Origin: the human T2T-CHM13v2.0 reference genome, Homo sapiens
Strand: one strand, 5' to 3'
Length of the DNA stretch: 64,000 bases
Assembly: GCF_009914755.1 (NCBI RefSeq)
Contig: NC_060933.1
Made by a program: the position numbers and the translations under genes. Positions 1 to 12,429 of the stretch are shown piece by piece. The notes beneath the pieces were generated by a model. That model worked only from the letters and a program-made list of their open reading frames with translations, was not told where the DNA came from and ran no database searches. Position 1 is the stretch's first letter; the number at the start of each line of letters is the position of its first letter.

Positions 1-880
1 CACTCGGAACGATTCCATTCCATTCCATTCCATTCCATTTCGTTCCATTCCATTCTATTCCGTATCATTCCATTCCATTCCATTCCATTCCATTCCATTG
101 TACTCGGGTTGATTCCATTCCATTGCATTCCATTCCATTCCATTCCATTCCATTCCGTTGCATTCCATTCCATTACATTCGGATTGATTCTATTCAACTC
201 CCTTACTCTCCATTACATTCCATTCCATTTGGGTTGTTCCATTCCATTCCATTCCATTCCACTCCATTCCATTGCACTCGGGTTGATTCCATTCCATTCC
301 ATTCCATTCCATTCCATTCCATTCCATTCCGGATGATTCCATTCCATTGCATTCCGTTCCATTACATTCCCCTGCACTCGCCTTGATTCCATTCCAATCC
401 ATTCCATTCCATTCAATTCCATTCCATTACAATTCGTTCCATTCCATTCTATTCCGTACCATTCCATTCCATTCCATACCATTCCATTCCATTCCATTCC
501 ATTCCATTCCATTCCGTTCCATTCCGTTCCATTCCATTCCATTCCATTCTATTCGGGTTAATTCCATTCCATTCCATTCCATTCCATTCCATTCTATTCC
601 ATTCCATTGCAATCGAGTTGAATCAATTGCATTTCATTCCATTCCATTCCATTCCGGAAGATTCCATTCCATTGCATTCCATTCCATTCCATTCCCCTGC
701 ACTCGCGTTGATTCCATTCCATTCCATTCCATTCCATTCCATCCATTCCGTTCCGTTCCGTTCCATTCCACTCCATTCCATTCCGTTCCGTTCCATTCCA
801 TTCCATTCCATTCTATTCGGGTTAATTCCATTCCATTCCATTCGATTGCAATCGAGTTGATTCCATTCCATTCCATTCCA
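1..880 (+). repeat. Segment duplicated at ~5406-6290 (offset ~5400 bp)
   Basis: Shared private variants: CATTTGGGTTGTTCC (226/5621), AATCAATTGC (621/6021) and the 4-bp unit ATCC (741/6141). Lines 601-660 and 6001-6060 are identical. Confidence 0.85.
651..665. promoter_or_regulatory. Perfect three-unit heat-shock element nTTCn-nGAAn-nTTCn (representative of ~50 copies)
   Basis: ATTCC GGAAG ATTCC at 651-665 matches the canonical HSF1 trimer site exactly. It recurs at e.g. 2560, 4893, 6051, 8770, 15635, 24531, 28441, 34925, 37945, 40935, 44910, 50541, 55987 and 63305. The motif match is direct; occupancy is not shown by sequence. Confidence 0.6.
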
Positions 881-3800
881 TTCCATTCCATTCCATTCCA
901 TTCCTTTCCATTCCATTACGGATGATTCCATTCCATTGCATTCCATTCCATTCCATTCCCCTGTACTCGGGTTGATTCCATTCCATTCCATTCCAATCCA
1001 TGCCATTCCACTCCTGTTGATTCCATTCTTTCCATTCCATTCAAGTTGAATCCATTCCATTGCATTGCATTCCATTCGATTCCATTCGATTGCACTCGGG
1101 TTGATTGCATTCCATTCTATTCCATTCCATTCCATTCCATTCCATTCCGTTCCATTGCATTCCATTACATTCGGATTGATTCTATTCAATTCCCTTATAC
1201 TGCATTACGTTCCATTCCATTCGGGTAGTTTCCATTCCATTCCATTCCATTCCTCTCCATTCCATTGCACTCGGGTTGATTCCATTCCATTGCATTCCAT
1301 TCCATTCCATTCCATTCCATTCCATTCCATTTCATTCCATTCCATTCCATTGCACACGGGTTCATTCCATTCCATTCCATTCCATTCCATTCCATTCCAT
1401 TCCATTCCATTCCATTCCATTATATTCCATACCATTCCATTCCATCCCATTCCATTCCGTTCCATTCCATGCCATTACACTCGGGTTGATTCCATTCCTT
1501 TCCATTCCATTCTTGTTGAATCCATTCCATTCCATTCCATTCCATTCGAATCCATTCCATTGCACTCGGGTTGATTCCATTCCATTCCATTCCATTCCAT
1601 TTCATTCCATTCCATTCCATTACATTCGGATTGATTCTATTCAATTCCCTTACACTCCATTCCATTCCATTCCATTCGGGATGTTTCCATTGCATTCCAT
1701 TCTATTCCACTCCATTCCATTGCATCAGGTTGATTGCATTCCATTCCATTCCATTCCATTCCGGATGATTCCATTCCATTGCGTTCCATTCCATTCCATT
1801 CCCCTGCACTCGGGTTGATTCCATTCCATTGCATTCCATTCCATTCCATTCCATTCCATTCCGTTCCTTTCCATTCCATTCCATTCTATTCCGGTTAATT
1901 CCATTCCATTCCATTCGATTCCATTCCATTCCATTCCATTCCCCTGCACTCGCGTTGATTCCATTCTATTCCACTCTATTCCATTCCATTCCCTTCCTTT
2001 CCTTTCCATTCCATTCCATTCCATTCCATTCCATTCCGTTCCGTTCCATTCCATTCCATTCCATTCTATTCGGGTTAATTCCATTCAATTCCATTCGATT
2101 GCAACCAATTTTTTCCATTCCATTCCATTCCATTCCATTCCATTCCATTCCATTCCTTTCCATTCCATTACGGATGATTCCATTCCATTGCATTACATTC
2201 CATTCCATTCCCCTGTACTCGGGTTGATTCCATTCCATTCCATTCCAATCCATGCCCTTCCACTCTTGTTGATTCCATTCTTTCCATTCCATTCAAGTTG
2301 AATCCATTCCATTGCATTCCATTGCATTCCATTCCATTCGATTGCACTCGGGTTGATTCCATTCCATTGCATTCCATTCCATTCCATTCCATTCCATTCC
2401 ATTCCATTCCGTTCCATTCCATTCCATTACATTCGGATTGATTCTATTCAATTCCCTTACTCTCCATTACATTCGATTCCATTCGGGTTGTTCCATTCCA
2501 TTCCATTCCATTCCACTCCATTCCATTGCACTCGGGTTGATTCCATTACATTCCATTCCATTCCGGAAGATTCCATTCCATTGCATTCCATTACATTCCA
2601 TTCCCCTGCACTCGCGTTGATTCCATTCCTTTCCATTCCATTCCATTCCATTCCATTCCATTCCGTTCCGTTCCATTCCATTGCATTCCATTCCATTCCA
2701 TTCCGTTTCGATCCATTCCATTCCATTCCATTCTATTCGGGTTAATTCCATTCCATTCCATTCGATTCCAATCGTGTTAATTCCATTCCATTCCATTCCA
2801 TTCCATTCCATTCCATTCCATTCCATTCCTTTCCATTCCATTACGGATGATTCCATTCCATTGCATTCCATTCCATTCCATTCCCCTGTACTCGGGTTGA
2901 TTCCATTCCATTGCATTCCAATCCATGCCCTTCCACTCGTGTTGATTCAATTGATTCCATTCCATTCAAGTTGAATCCATTCCATTGCATTCCATTCCAT
3001 TCGATTCCATTCGATTGCACTCGGGTTGTTTCCATTCCATTGCATTCCATTCCATTCCATTCCATTCCATTGCATTCCGTTCCACTCCATTCCTTTACAT
3101 TCGGATTGATTCTATTCAATTCTCTTACACTCCATTACATTCCATTCCATTCGGGTAGTTTCCATTCCATTCCATTCCATTCCTCTCCATTCCATTGCAC
3201 TCGGGTTGATTCCATTCCATTGCATTCCATTCCATTCCATTCAATTCCCCTGCACTCGGGTTGATTCCATTCCATTCCATTCCATTCCATTCCATTCCAT
3301 TCCATTCCATTCCACTCCCTTCCATTCCGTTCCATTCCATTCCATTCCATTCTATTCCGGTTAATTCCATTCCATTCCATTCGATTCCATTCCATTCCAT
3401 TCCATTACATTGCAGTCGAGTTGATTGCATTCCATTCCATTCTATTCCGTTCCGGATGATTCCAGTCCATTACATTCCAATCCATTCCATTCCATTCCCC
3501 TGCATTCGGGTTGATTCCATTCCATTCCATTCCATTCCATTCCATTCCATTCCATTCCGTTCCATTCCATTCCTTTCCATTCTATTCGGGTTAATTCCAT
3601 TCCATTCCATTCCATTCCATTCCAATCGAGTTAATTCCATTCCAATCCATTCCATTCCATTCCACTCCATTCCAGTCCTTTCCATTCCATTACACTCGGG
3701 TTGATTCCATTCTATTCCGTTCCATTCCATTCCATTCCATTGCAATCGAGTTGATTCCATTGCTTTGCATTCCATTCCATTCCATTCCATTCCGGATGAT

Positions 3801-4730
3801 TCCATTCCATTGCATTCCATTCCATTCCATTCCCCTGCACTCGGGTTGATTCCATTCCATTCCACTCCATTCCGTTCCATTCCATTCCATTCCATTGTAT
3901 TCGGGTTAATTCCATTCCATTCCATTCCATTCCATTCCATTCTATTACAATCGAGTTGATTCCATTCCATTCCATTCCATTCCATTCCATTCCAGTCCTT
4001 TCCATTCCATTCCACTCGTGTTGATTCCATTCTATTAGTTTCCATTCCATTCCATTCCCTTCCATTCCACTCTTTTTGATTCCATTCCTTTCCATTCCAC
4101 TCGAATACATTCCCTCCTATTCCACTCGGAACGATTCCATTCCATTCCATTCCATTCCATTCCATTCCATTCCATTCCATTTCGTTCCATTCCATTCTAT
4201 TCCGTATCATTCCATTCCATTCCATTCCATTCCATTCCATTCCACTCGTGTTGATTTCATTCCTTTCCATTCCATTCGGTTTGAAGGCATTCCATTCCAT
4301 TCCATTCCATTCCATTCCATTCCATTCCATTCCATTCCATTGTACTCGGGTTGATTCCATTCCATTGCATTCCATTCCATTCCATTCCGTTGCATTCCAT
4401 TCCATTACATTCGGATTGATTCTATTCAACTCCCTTACTCTCCATTACATTCCATTCCATTCGGGTTGTTCCATTCCATTCCATTCCATTCCACTCCATT
4501 CCATTGCACTCGGATTGATTCCATTCCATTCCATTCCATTCAATTCCATTCCATTCCGGACGATTCCATTCCATTGCATTCCGTTCCATTACATTCCCCT
4601 GCACTCGGGTTGATTCCATTCCATTCCATTCCATTCCTTTCGATTCCATTCCATTCCAATTCTTTCCATTCCATTCTATTCCGTACCATTCCATTCCATT
4701 CCATACAATTCCATTCCATTCCATTCCACT

Positions 4731-4765
4731 CCGTTCCGTTCCGTTCCGTTCCGTTCCGTTCCGTT
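4731..4765 (+). repeat. (CCGTT)7 CpG-bearing variant run
   Basis: Seven consecutive CCGTT units replace CCATT. Confidence 0.95.
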
Positions 4766-7700
4766 CCATTCCATTCCATTCCATTCTATTCGGTTTAATT
4801 CCATTCCATTCCATTCCATTCCATTCCATTCTATTCCATTCCATTGCAATCGAGTTGAATCCATTGCATTCTATTCCATTCCATTCCATTCCATTCCGGA
4901 AGATTCCATTCCATTGCATTCCATTCCATTCCATTCCATTCCATTCCGTTCCATTCCATTCCATTACATTCGGATTGATTCTTTTCAACTCCCTTACTCT
5001 CCATTACATTCCATTCCATTCGGGTTGTTCCATTCAATTCCATTCCATTCCACTCCATTCCATTGCACTCGGGTTGATTCCATTCCATTCCATTCCATTC
5101 CATTCCGGATGATTCCATTCCATTGCATTCCGTTCCATTACATTCCCCTGCACTCGGGTTGATTCCATTCCATTCCATTCCATTCCATTCGATTCCATTC
5201 CATTCCCCTGCACTCGCGTTGATTCCATTCCATTCCATTCCATTCCATTCCATTCCATTCCATTCCTTTCCGTTCCAGTCTTTTCCATTCCATTCCACTC
5301 GGGTTGATTCCATTCTATTAGTTTCCATTCCATTCCATTCCCTTCCATTCGACTCTGGTTGATTCCATTCCTTTCCATTCCACTCGAATACATTCCCTCC
5401 TATTCCACTCGGAACGATTCCATTCCATTCCATTCCATTCCATTTCGTTCCATTCCATTCTATTCCGTATCATTCCATTCCATTCCATTCCATTGTACTC
5501 GGGTTGATTCCATTCCATTGCATTCCATTCCATTCCATTCCATTCCATTCCGTTGCATTCCATTCCATTACATTCGGATTGATTCTATTCAACTCCCTTA
5601 CTCTCCATTACATTCCATTCCATTTGGGTTGTTCCATTCCATTCCATTCCATTCCACTCCATTCCATTGCACTCGGGTTGATTCCATTCCATTCCATTCC
5701 ATTCCATTCCATTCCATTCCGGATGATTCCATTCCATTGCATTCCGTTCCATTACATTCCCCTGCACTCGCGTTGATTCCATTCCATTCCATTCCATTCC
5801 ATTCAATTCCATTCCATTACAATTCGTTCCATTCCATTCTATTCCGTACCATTCCATTCCATTCCATACCATTCCATTCCATTCCATTCCATTCCATTCC
5901 ATTCCGTTCCATTCCGTTCCATTCCATTCCATTCCATTCTATTCGGGTTAATTCCATTCCATTCCATTCCATTCCATTCCATTCCATTCCATTCTATTCC
6001 ATTCCATTGCAATCGAGTTGAATCAATTGCATTTCATTCCATTCCATTCCATTCCGGAAGATTCCATTCCATTGCATTCCATTCCATTCCATTCCCCTGC
6101 ACTCGCGTTGATTCCATTCCATTCCATTCCATTCCATTCCATCCATTGCGTTCCGTTCCGTTCCATTCCACTCCATTCCATTCCGTTCCGTTCCATTCCA
6201 TTCCATTCCATTCTATTCGGGTTAATTCCATTCCATTCCATTCGATTGCAATCGAGTTGATTCCATTCCATTCCATTCCATTCCATTCCATTCCATTCCT
6301 TTCCGTTCCATTCCATTCCATTCCATTCCATTCCAATCCATTCTATTCCGTTCCGTTCCGTTCCATTCCATTCCATTCCATTCTATTTGGGTTAATTCCA
6401 TTCCATTCCATTCGATTGCAATCGAGTTCATTCCATTCCATTCTATTCCATTCCATTCCATTCCTTTCCATTCCATTACGGATGATTCCATTCCATTGCA
6501 TTCCATTCCATTCCATTCCCCTGTACTCGGGTTGATTCCATTCCATTCCATTCCAGTCCATGCCATTCCACTCGTGTTGATTCCATTCTTTCCATTCCAT
6601 TCAAGTTGAATCCATTCCATTGCATTCCATTCCATTCCATTACCCTGCAGTCGGGTTGATTCCATTCCATTCCATTCCTTTCCATTCCATTCCATTCCAT
6701 TCCATTCTTTCCGTTCCGTTCCATTCCATTCCATTCTATTCGGGTTAATTCCATTCCATTCCATTCCATTCCATTCCAATCGAGTTGATTCCATTCCATT
6801 CCATTCCATTCCATTCCACTCCATTCCAGTCCTTTCCATTCCATTCCACTCGCGTTGATTCCAATGTATTCCTTTCCATTCCATTCCATTCCATTGCATT
6901 CGAGTTGATTCCATTGCTTTGCATTCCATTCCATTCCATTCCATTCCGGGTGATTCCATTCCATTGCATTCCATTCCATTCCATTCCCCTGCACTCGGGT
7001 TGATTCCATTCCATTCCACTCCATTCCGTTCCATTCCATTACATTCCATTGTATTCGGGTTAATTCCATTCCATTCCATTCCATTCCATTCCATTCCATT
7101 ACATTCCATTACAATCGAGTTGATTGCATTCCATTCCATTCCATTCCAGTCCTTTCCATTCCATTCCACTCGGGTTGATTCCATTCTATTAGTTTCCATT
7201 CCATTCCATTCCCTTCCATTCCACTCTGCTTGATACCATTCCTTTCCATTCCACTCGAACACATTCCCTCCTATTCCACTCGGAACGATTCCATTCCATT
7301 CCATTCCATTCCATTCCAATCCATTCCATTCCATTCCGTTCCAATCCATTCTATTCCGTATCATTCCATTCCATTCCATTCCATTCCATTCCATTCCATT
7401 CCATTTTACTCGGGTTGATTCAATTCCATTGCATTCCATTCCATTCCATTCCATTCCATTCCATTCCGTTGCATTCCATTCCATTACATTCGGATTGATT
7501 CTATTCAACTCCCTTACTCTCCGTTACATTCCACTCCATTCGGGTTGTTCCATTCCATTCCATTCCATTCCATTCCATTCCATTGCACTCGGGTTGATTC
7601 CATTCCATTCCATTCCATTCCATTCCACTCCATTCCATTCCATTCCGGATGATTCCATTCCATTGCATTCCGTTCCATTACATTCCCCTGCACTCGCGTT

Positions 7701-8234
7701 GATTCCATTCCATTCCATTCAATTCCATTCCATTACAATTCGTTCCATTCCATTCTATTCCGTACCATTCCATTCCATTCCATACCATTCCATTCCATTC
7801 CATTCCGTTCCATTCCGTTCCACTCCATTCCATTCCATTCTATTCGGATTAATTCCATTCCATTCCATTCCATTCCATTCTATTCCATTCCATTGCAATC
7901 GAGTTGAATCCATTGCATTTCATTCCATTCCATTCCATTCCACTCCATTCCGGAAGATTCCATTCCATTGCATTCCATTCCATTCCCTTCCCCTGCACTC
8001 GCGTTGATTCCATTCCATTCCATTCCATTCCATTCCGTTCCGTTCCGTTCCATTCCATTCCATTCCATTCCATTCCATTCCATTCCGTTCCGTTCCATTC
8101 CATTCCATTCCATTCTATTCGGGTTAATTCCATTCCATTCCATTCGATTGCAATCGAGTTGATTCCTTTCCATTCCATTCCTTTCCATTCCATTACGGAT
8201 GATTCCATTCCATTGCATTCCATTCCATTCCATT

Positions 8235-8383
8235 CCCCTGTACTCGGGTTGATTCCATTCCATTCCATTCCAATCCATGCCATTCCACTCGTGTTGATTC
8301 CATTCTTTCCATTCCATTCAAGTTGAATCCATTCCATTGCATTCCATTCCATTCGATTCCATTCGATTGCACTCGGGTTGATT
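8235..8383 (-). repeat. Representative 'C' module (pHuR98-like SatIII unit), about 45 full or partial copies in the window
   Basis: CCCCTGTACTCGGGTTG...CCAATCCATGCCATTCCACTCGTGTTGATTCCATTCTTTCCATTCCATTCAAGTTGAATCC...CGATTGCACTCGGGTTGATT. The reverse complement starts AATCAACCCGAGTGCAATCG, which I recall as the Hur98 SatIII primer/probe sequence (from memory, not aligned). Other copies lie near 960, 2210, 10130, 12510, 15120, 19900, 24010, 35260, 45230, 53805 and 61540. Confidence 0.7.
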
Positions 8384-8450
8384 CCATTCCATTGCATTCC
8401 ATTCCATTCCATTCCATTCCATTCCATTCCATTCCGTTCCATTCCATTCC

Positions 8451-8700
8451 ATTACATTCGGATTGATTCTATTCAATTCCCTTACACTCCATTACATTCC
8501 ATTCCATTCGGGTATTTTCCATTCCATTCCATTCCATTCCTCTCCATTCCATTGCACTCGGGTTGATTCGATTCCATTGCATTCCATTCCATTCCATTCA
8601 ATTCCATTCCGTTCCATTCCATTCCATTACATTCGGATTGATTCTATTCAACTCCCTAACTCTCCATTACATTACATTCCATTCGGGTTGTGCCATTCCA
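8451..8700 (+). repeat. Paralogous module pair B (..TTCAATTCCCTTACAC..GGGTAGTTTCC) followed by A (..TTCAACTCCCTTACTC..GGGTTGTTCC), representative
   Basis: Both begin ATTACATTCGGATTGATTCTATTCAA (8451 and 8626) and differ at a few diagnostic positions. This particular pair carries minor variants of the consensus. The pair recurs about 20 times. Confidence 0.85.
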
Positions 8701-11700
8701 TTCCATTCCATTCCACTCCATTCCATTGCACTCGGGTTGATTCCATTCCATTCCATTCCATTCCATTCCATTCCGGAAGATTCCTTTCCATTGCATTCCA
8801 TTCCATTCCATTCCCCTGCACTCGCGTTGATTCCATTCCATTCCATTCTATTCCATTCCATTCCCTTCCTTTCCGTTCCATTCCATTCCATTCCATTCGA
8901 TTCCGTTCCGTTCCATTCCATTCCATTCCATTCCATTCGGGTTAATTCCATTCCATTCCATTCGATAGCAATCGAGTTGATTCCATTCCATTCCATTCCA
9001 TTCCATTCCATTCCATTCCATTACAATCGAGTTGATTCCATTCCATTCCATTCCATTCCAGTCCTTTCCATTCCATTCCTCTCGGGTTGATTCCATTCTA
9101 TTAGTTTCCATTCCATTCCATTCCCTTCCATTCCACTCTGGTTGATTCCATTCCTTTCCATTCCACTCGAATACATTCCCTCCTATTCCACTCGGAAAAA
9201 TTCCTTTCCATTCCATTCCGTTCCATTCCATTCCATTCCATTCCATTTCGTTCCATTCCATTCTATTCCGTATCATTCCATTCCATTCCATTCCATTCCA
9301 TTGTACTCGGGTTGATTCAATTCCATTGCATTCCATTCCATTCCATTCCATTCCATTCCGTTGCATTCCATTCCATTACATTCGGATTGATTCTATTCAA
9401 CTCTCTTACTCTCCATTACATTCCATTCCATTCGGGTTGTTCCATTCCATTCCATTCCATTCCACTCCATTCCATTGCACTCGGGTTGATTCCATTCCAT
9501 TCCATTCCATTCCATTCCATTCCATTCCATTCCGGATGATTCCATTCCATTGCATTCCGTTCCATTACATTCCCCTGCACTCGCGTTGATTCCATTCCAT
9601 TCCATTCAATTCCATTCCATTACAATTCGTTCCATTCCATTCTATTCCGTACCATTCCATTCCATTCCATACCATTCCATTCCATTCCATTCCGTTCCAT
9701 TCCGTTCCATTCCATTCCATTCCATTCTATTCGAATTAATTCCATTCCATTCCATTCCATTCCATTCTATTCCATTCCATTGCAATCGATTTGAATCCAT
9801 TGCATTTCATTCCATTCCATTCCATTCCATTCCATTCCGGAAGATTCCATTCCATTGCATTCCATTCCATTCCATTCCCCTGCACTCGCGTTGATTCCAT
9901 TCCATTCCATTCCATTCCATTCCGTTCCGTTCCGTTCCATTCCATTCCATTCCATTCCATTCCGTTCCGTTCCATTCCACTCCATTCCATTCTATTCGGG
10001 TTAATTCCATTCCATTCCATTCGATTGCAATCGAGTTGATTCCATTCCATTCCATTCCATTCCATTCCATTCCTTTCCATTCCATTATGGATGACTCCAT
10101 TCCATTGCATTCCATTCCATTCCATTCCCCTGTACTCGGGTTGATTCCATTCAATTCCATTCCAATCCATGCCATTCCACTCGTGTTGATTCCATTCTTT
10201 CCATTCCATTCAAGTTGAATCCATTCCATTGCATTCCATTCCATTCGATTCCATTCGATTGCACTCGGGTTGATTCCATTCCATTGCATTCCATTCCATT
10301 CCATTCCATTCCGTTCCATTCCATTCCGTTCCATTCCATTCCATTACATTCGGATTGATTCTATTCAATTCCCTTACACTCCATTACATTCCATTCCATT
10401 CGGGTAGTTTCCATTCCATTCCATTCCATTCCTCTCTATTCCATTGAACTCGGGTTGATTCCATTCCATTGCATTCCATTCCATTCCATTCAATTCCATT
10501 CCGTCCCATTCCATTCCATTACATTCGGATTTATTCTATTCAACTCCCTTACTCTCCATTACATTCCATTCCATTCGGGTTGTTCCATTCCATTCTATTC
10601 CATTCCACTCCATTCCATTGCACTCGGGTTTATTCCATTCCATTCCATTCCATTCCATTCCATTCCGGAAGATTCCATTCCATTGCATTCCATTCCATTC
10701 CATTCCCCTGCACTCGCGTTGATTCCATTCCATTCCATTCCATTCCATTCATTCCATTCCATTCCTTTCCATTCCATTCCATTCCATTCAATTCCTTTCC
10801 GTTCCATTCCATTCCATTCCATTCCATTCCAATCCATTCCATTCCGTTCCGTTCCGTTCCATTCCATTCCATTCCATTCTATTCGGGTTAATTCCATTCC
10901 ATTCCATTCGATTGCAATCGAGTTGATTCCGTTCCATTCCATTCCATTCCATTCCATTCCTTTCCATTCCATTACGGATGATTCCATTCCATTGCATTCC
11001 ATTCCATTCCATTCCCCTGTACTCGGGTTGATTCCATTCCATTCCATTCCAATCCATGCCATTCCACTCGTGTTGATTCCATTCTTTCCATTCCATTCAC
11101 GTTGAATCCATTCCATTGCATTCCATTCCATTCCATTCCCCTGCAGTCGGGTTGTTTCCATTCCATTTCATTCCATTCCATTCCATTCCATTCCATTCCG
11201 TTCCGTTCCTTTCCATTCCATTCCATTCTATTCGGGTTAATTCCTTTCCATTCCATTCCATTCCATTCCATTCCATTCCAATCGAGTTGATTCCATTCCA
11301 TTCCTCTCCATTCCAGTCCTTTCCATTCCATTCCACTCGGGTTGATTCCAATGTATTCCTTTCCATTCCATTCCATTCCATTGCAATCTAGTTGATTCCA
11401 TTGCTTTGCATGCCATTCCATTCCATTCCATTCCGGATGATTCCATTCCATTGCATTCCATTCCATTCCATTCCCCTGCACTCGGGTTGATTCCATTCCA
11501 TTCCACTGCATTCCGTTCCATTCCATTCCATTCCATTGTATTCGGGTTAATTCCATTCCATTCCATTCCATTCCATTCCATTCCATTACAATCGAGTTGA
11601 TTCCATTCCATTCCATTCCATTCCAGTCCTTTCCATTCCATTCCTCTAGGGTTGATTCCATTCTATTAGTTTCCATTCCATTCCATTCCCTTCCATTCCA

Positions 11701-12429
11701 CTCTGGTTGATTCCATTCCTTTCCATTCCACTCGAATACATTCCCTCCTATTCCACTCGGAACGATTCCTTTCCATTCCATTCCATTCCATTCCATTCCA
11801 TTCCATTCCATTTCATTGCATTTCATTCTATTCCGTATCATTCCATTCCATTCCATTCCATTCCATTCCATTCCATTCCATTCCATTCCATTCCATTGTA
11901 CTCGGGTTGATTCAATTCCATTGCATTCCATTCCATTCCATTCCATTCCATTCCATTCCGCTGCATTCCATTCCATTACATTCGGATTGATTCTATTCAA
12001 CTCCCTTACTCTCCATTATATTCCATTCCATTCGGGTTGTTCCATTCCATTCCATTTCGTTCCATTCCGTTCCATTCCATTCCATTCCATTCTATTCGAA
12101 TTAATTCCGTTCCATTCCATTCCATTCCATTCTATTCCATTCCATTGCAATCGAGTTGAATCCATTGCATTTCATTCCATTCCATTCCATTCCATTCCAT
12201 TCCGGAAGATTCCATTCCATTGCATTCCATTCCATTCCATTCCCCTGCACTCGCGTTGATTCCATTCCATTCCATTCCATTCCATTCCATTCTGTTCCGT
12301 TCCGTTCCGTTCCATTCCATTCCATTCCATTCCATTCCGTTCCGTTCCATTCCATTCCATTCCATTCTATTCGGGTTAATTCCATTCCATTCCATTCGAT
12401 TGCAATCCAGTTGATTCCATTCCATTCCA

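Noticed and set aside
181-200. GGATTGATTCTATTCA as a DUX4 site
   Set aside because: It does not match the TGATT-RRR-TTA consensus; DUX4 binding is characteristic of HSATII rather than this word.
652-659. TTCCGGAA as a STAT (GAS) site
   Set aside because: Canonical GAS is TTC-n3-GAA (n4 for STAT6); the spacer here is 2 nt, which fits an HSE instead.
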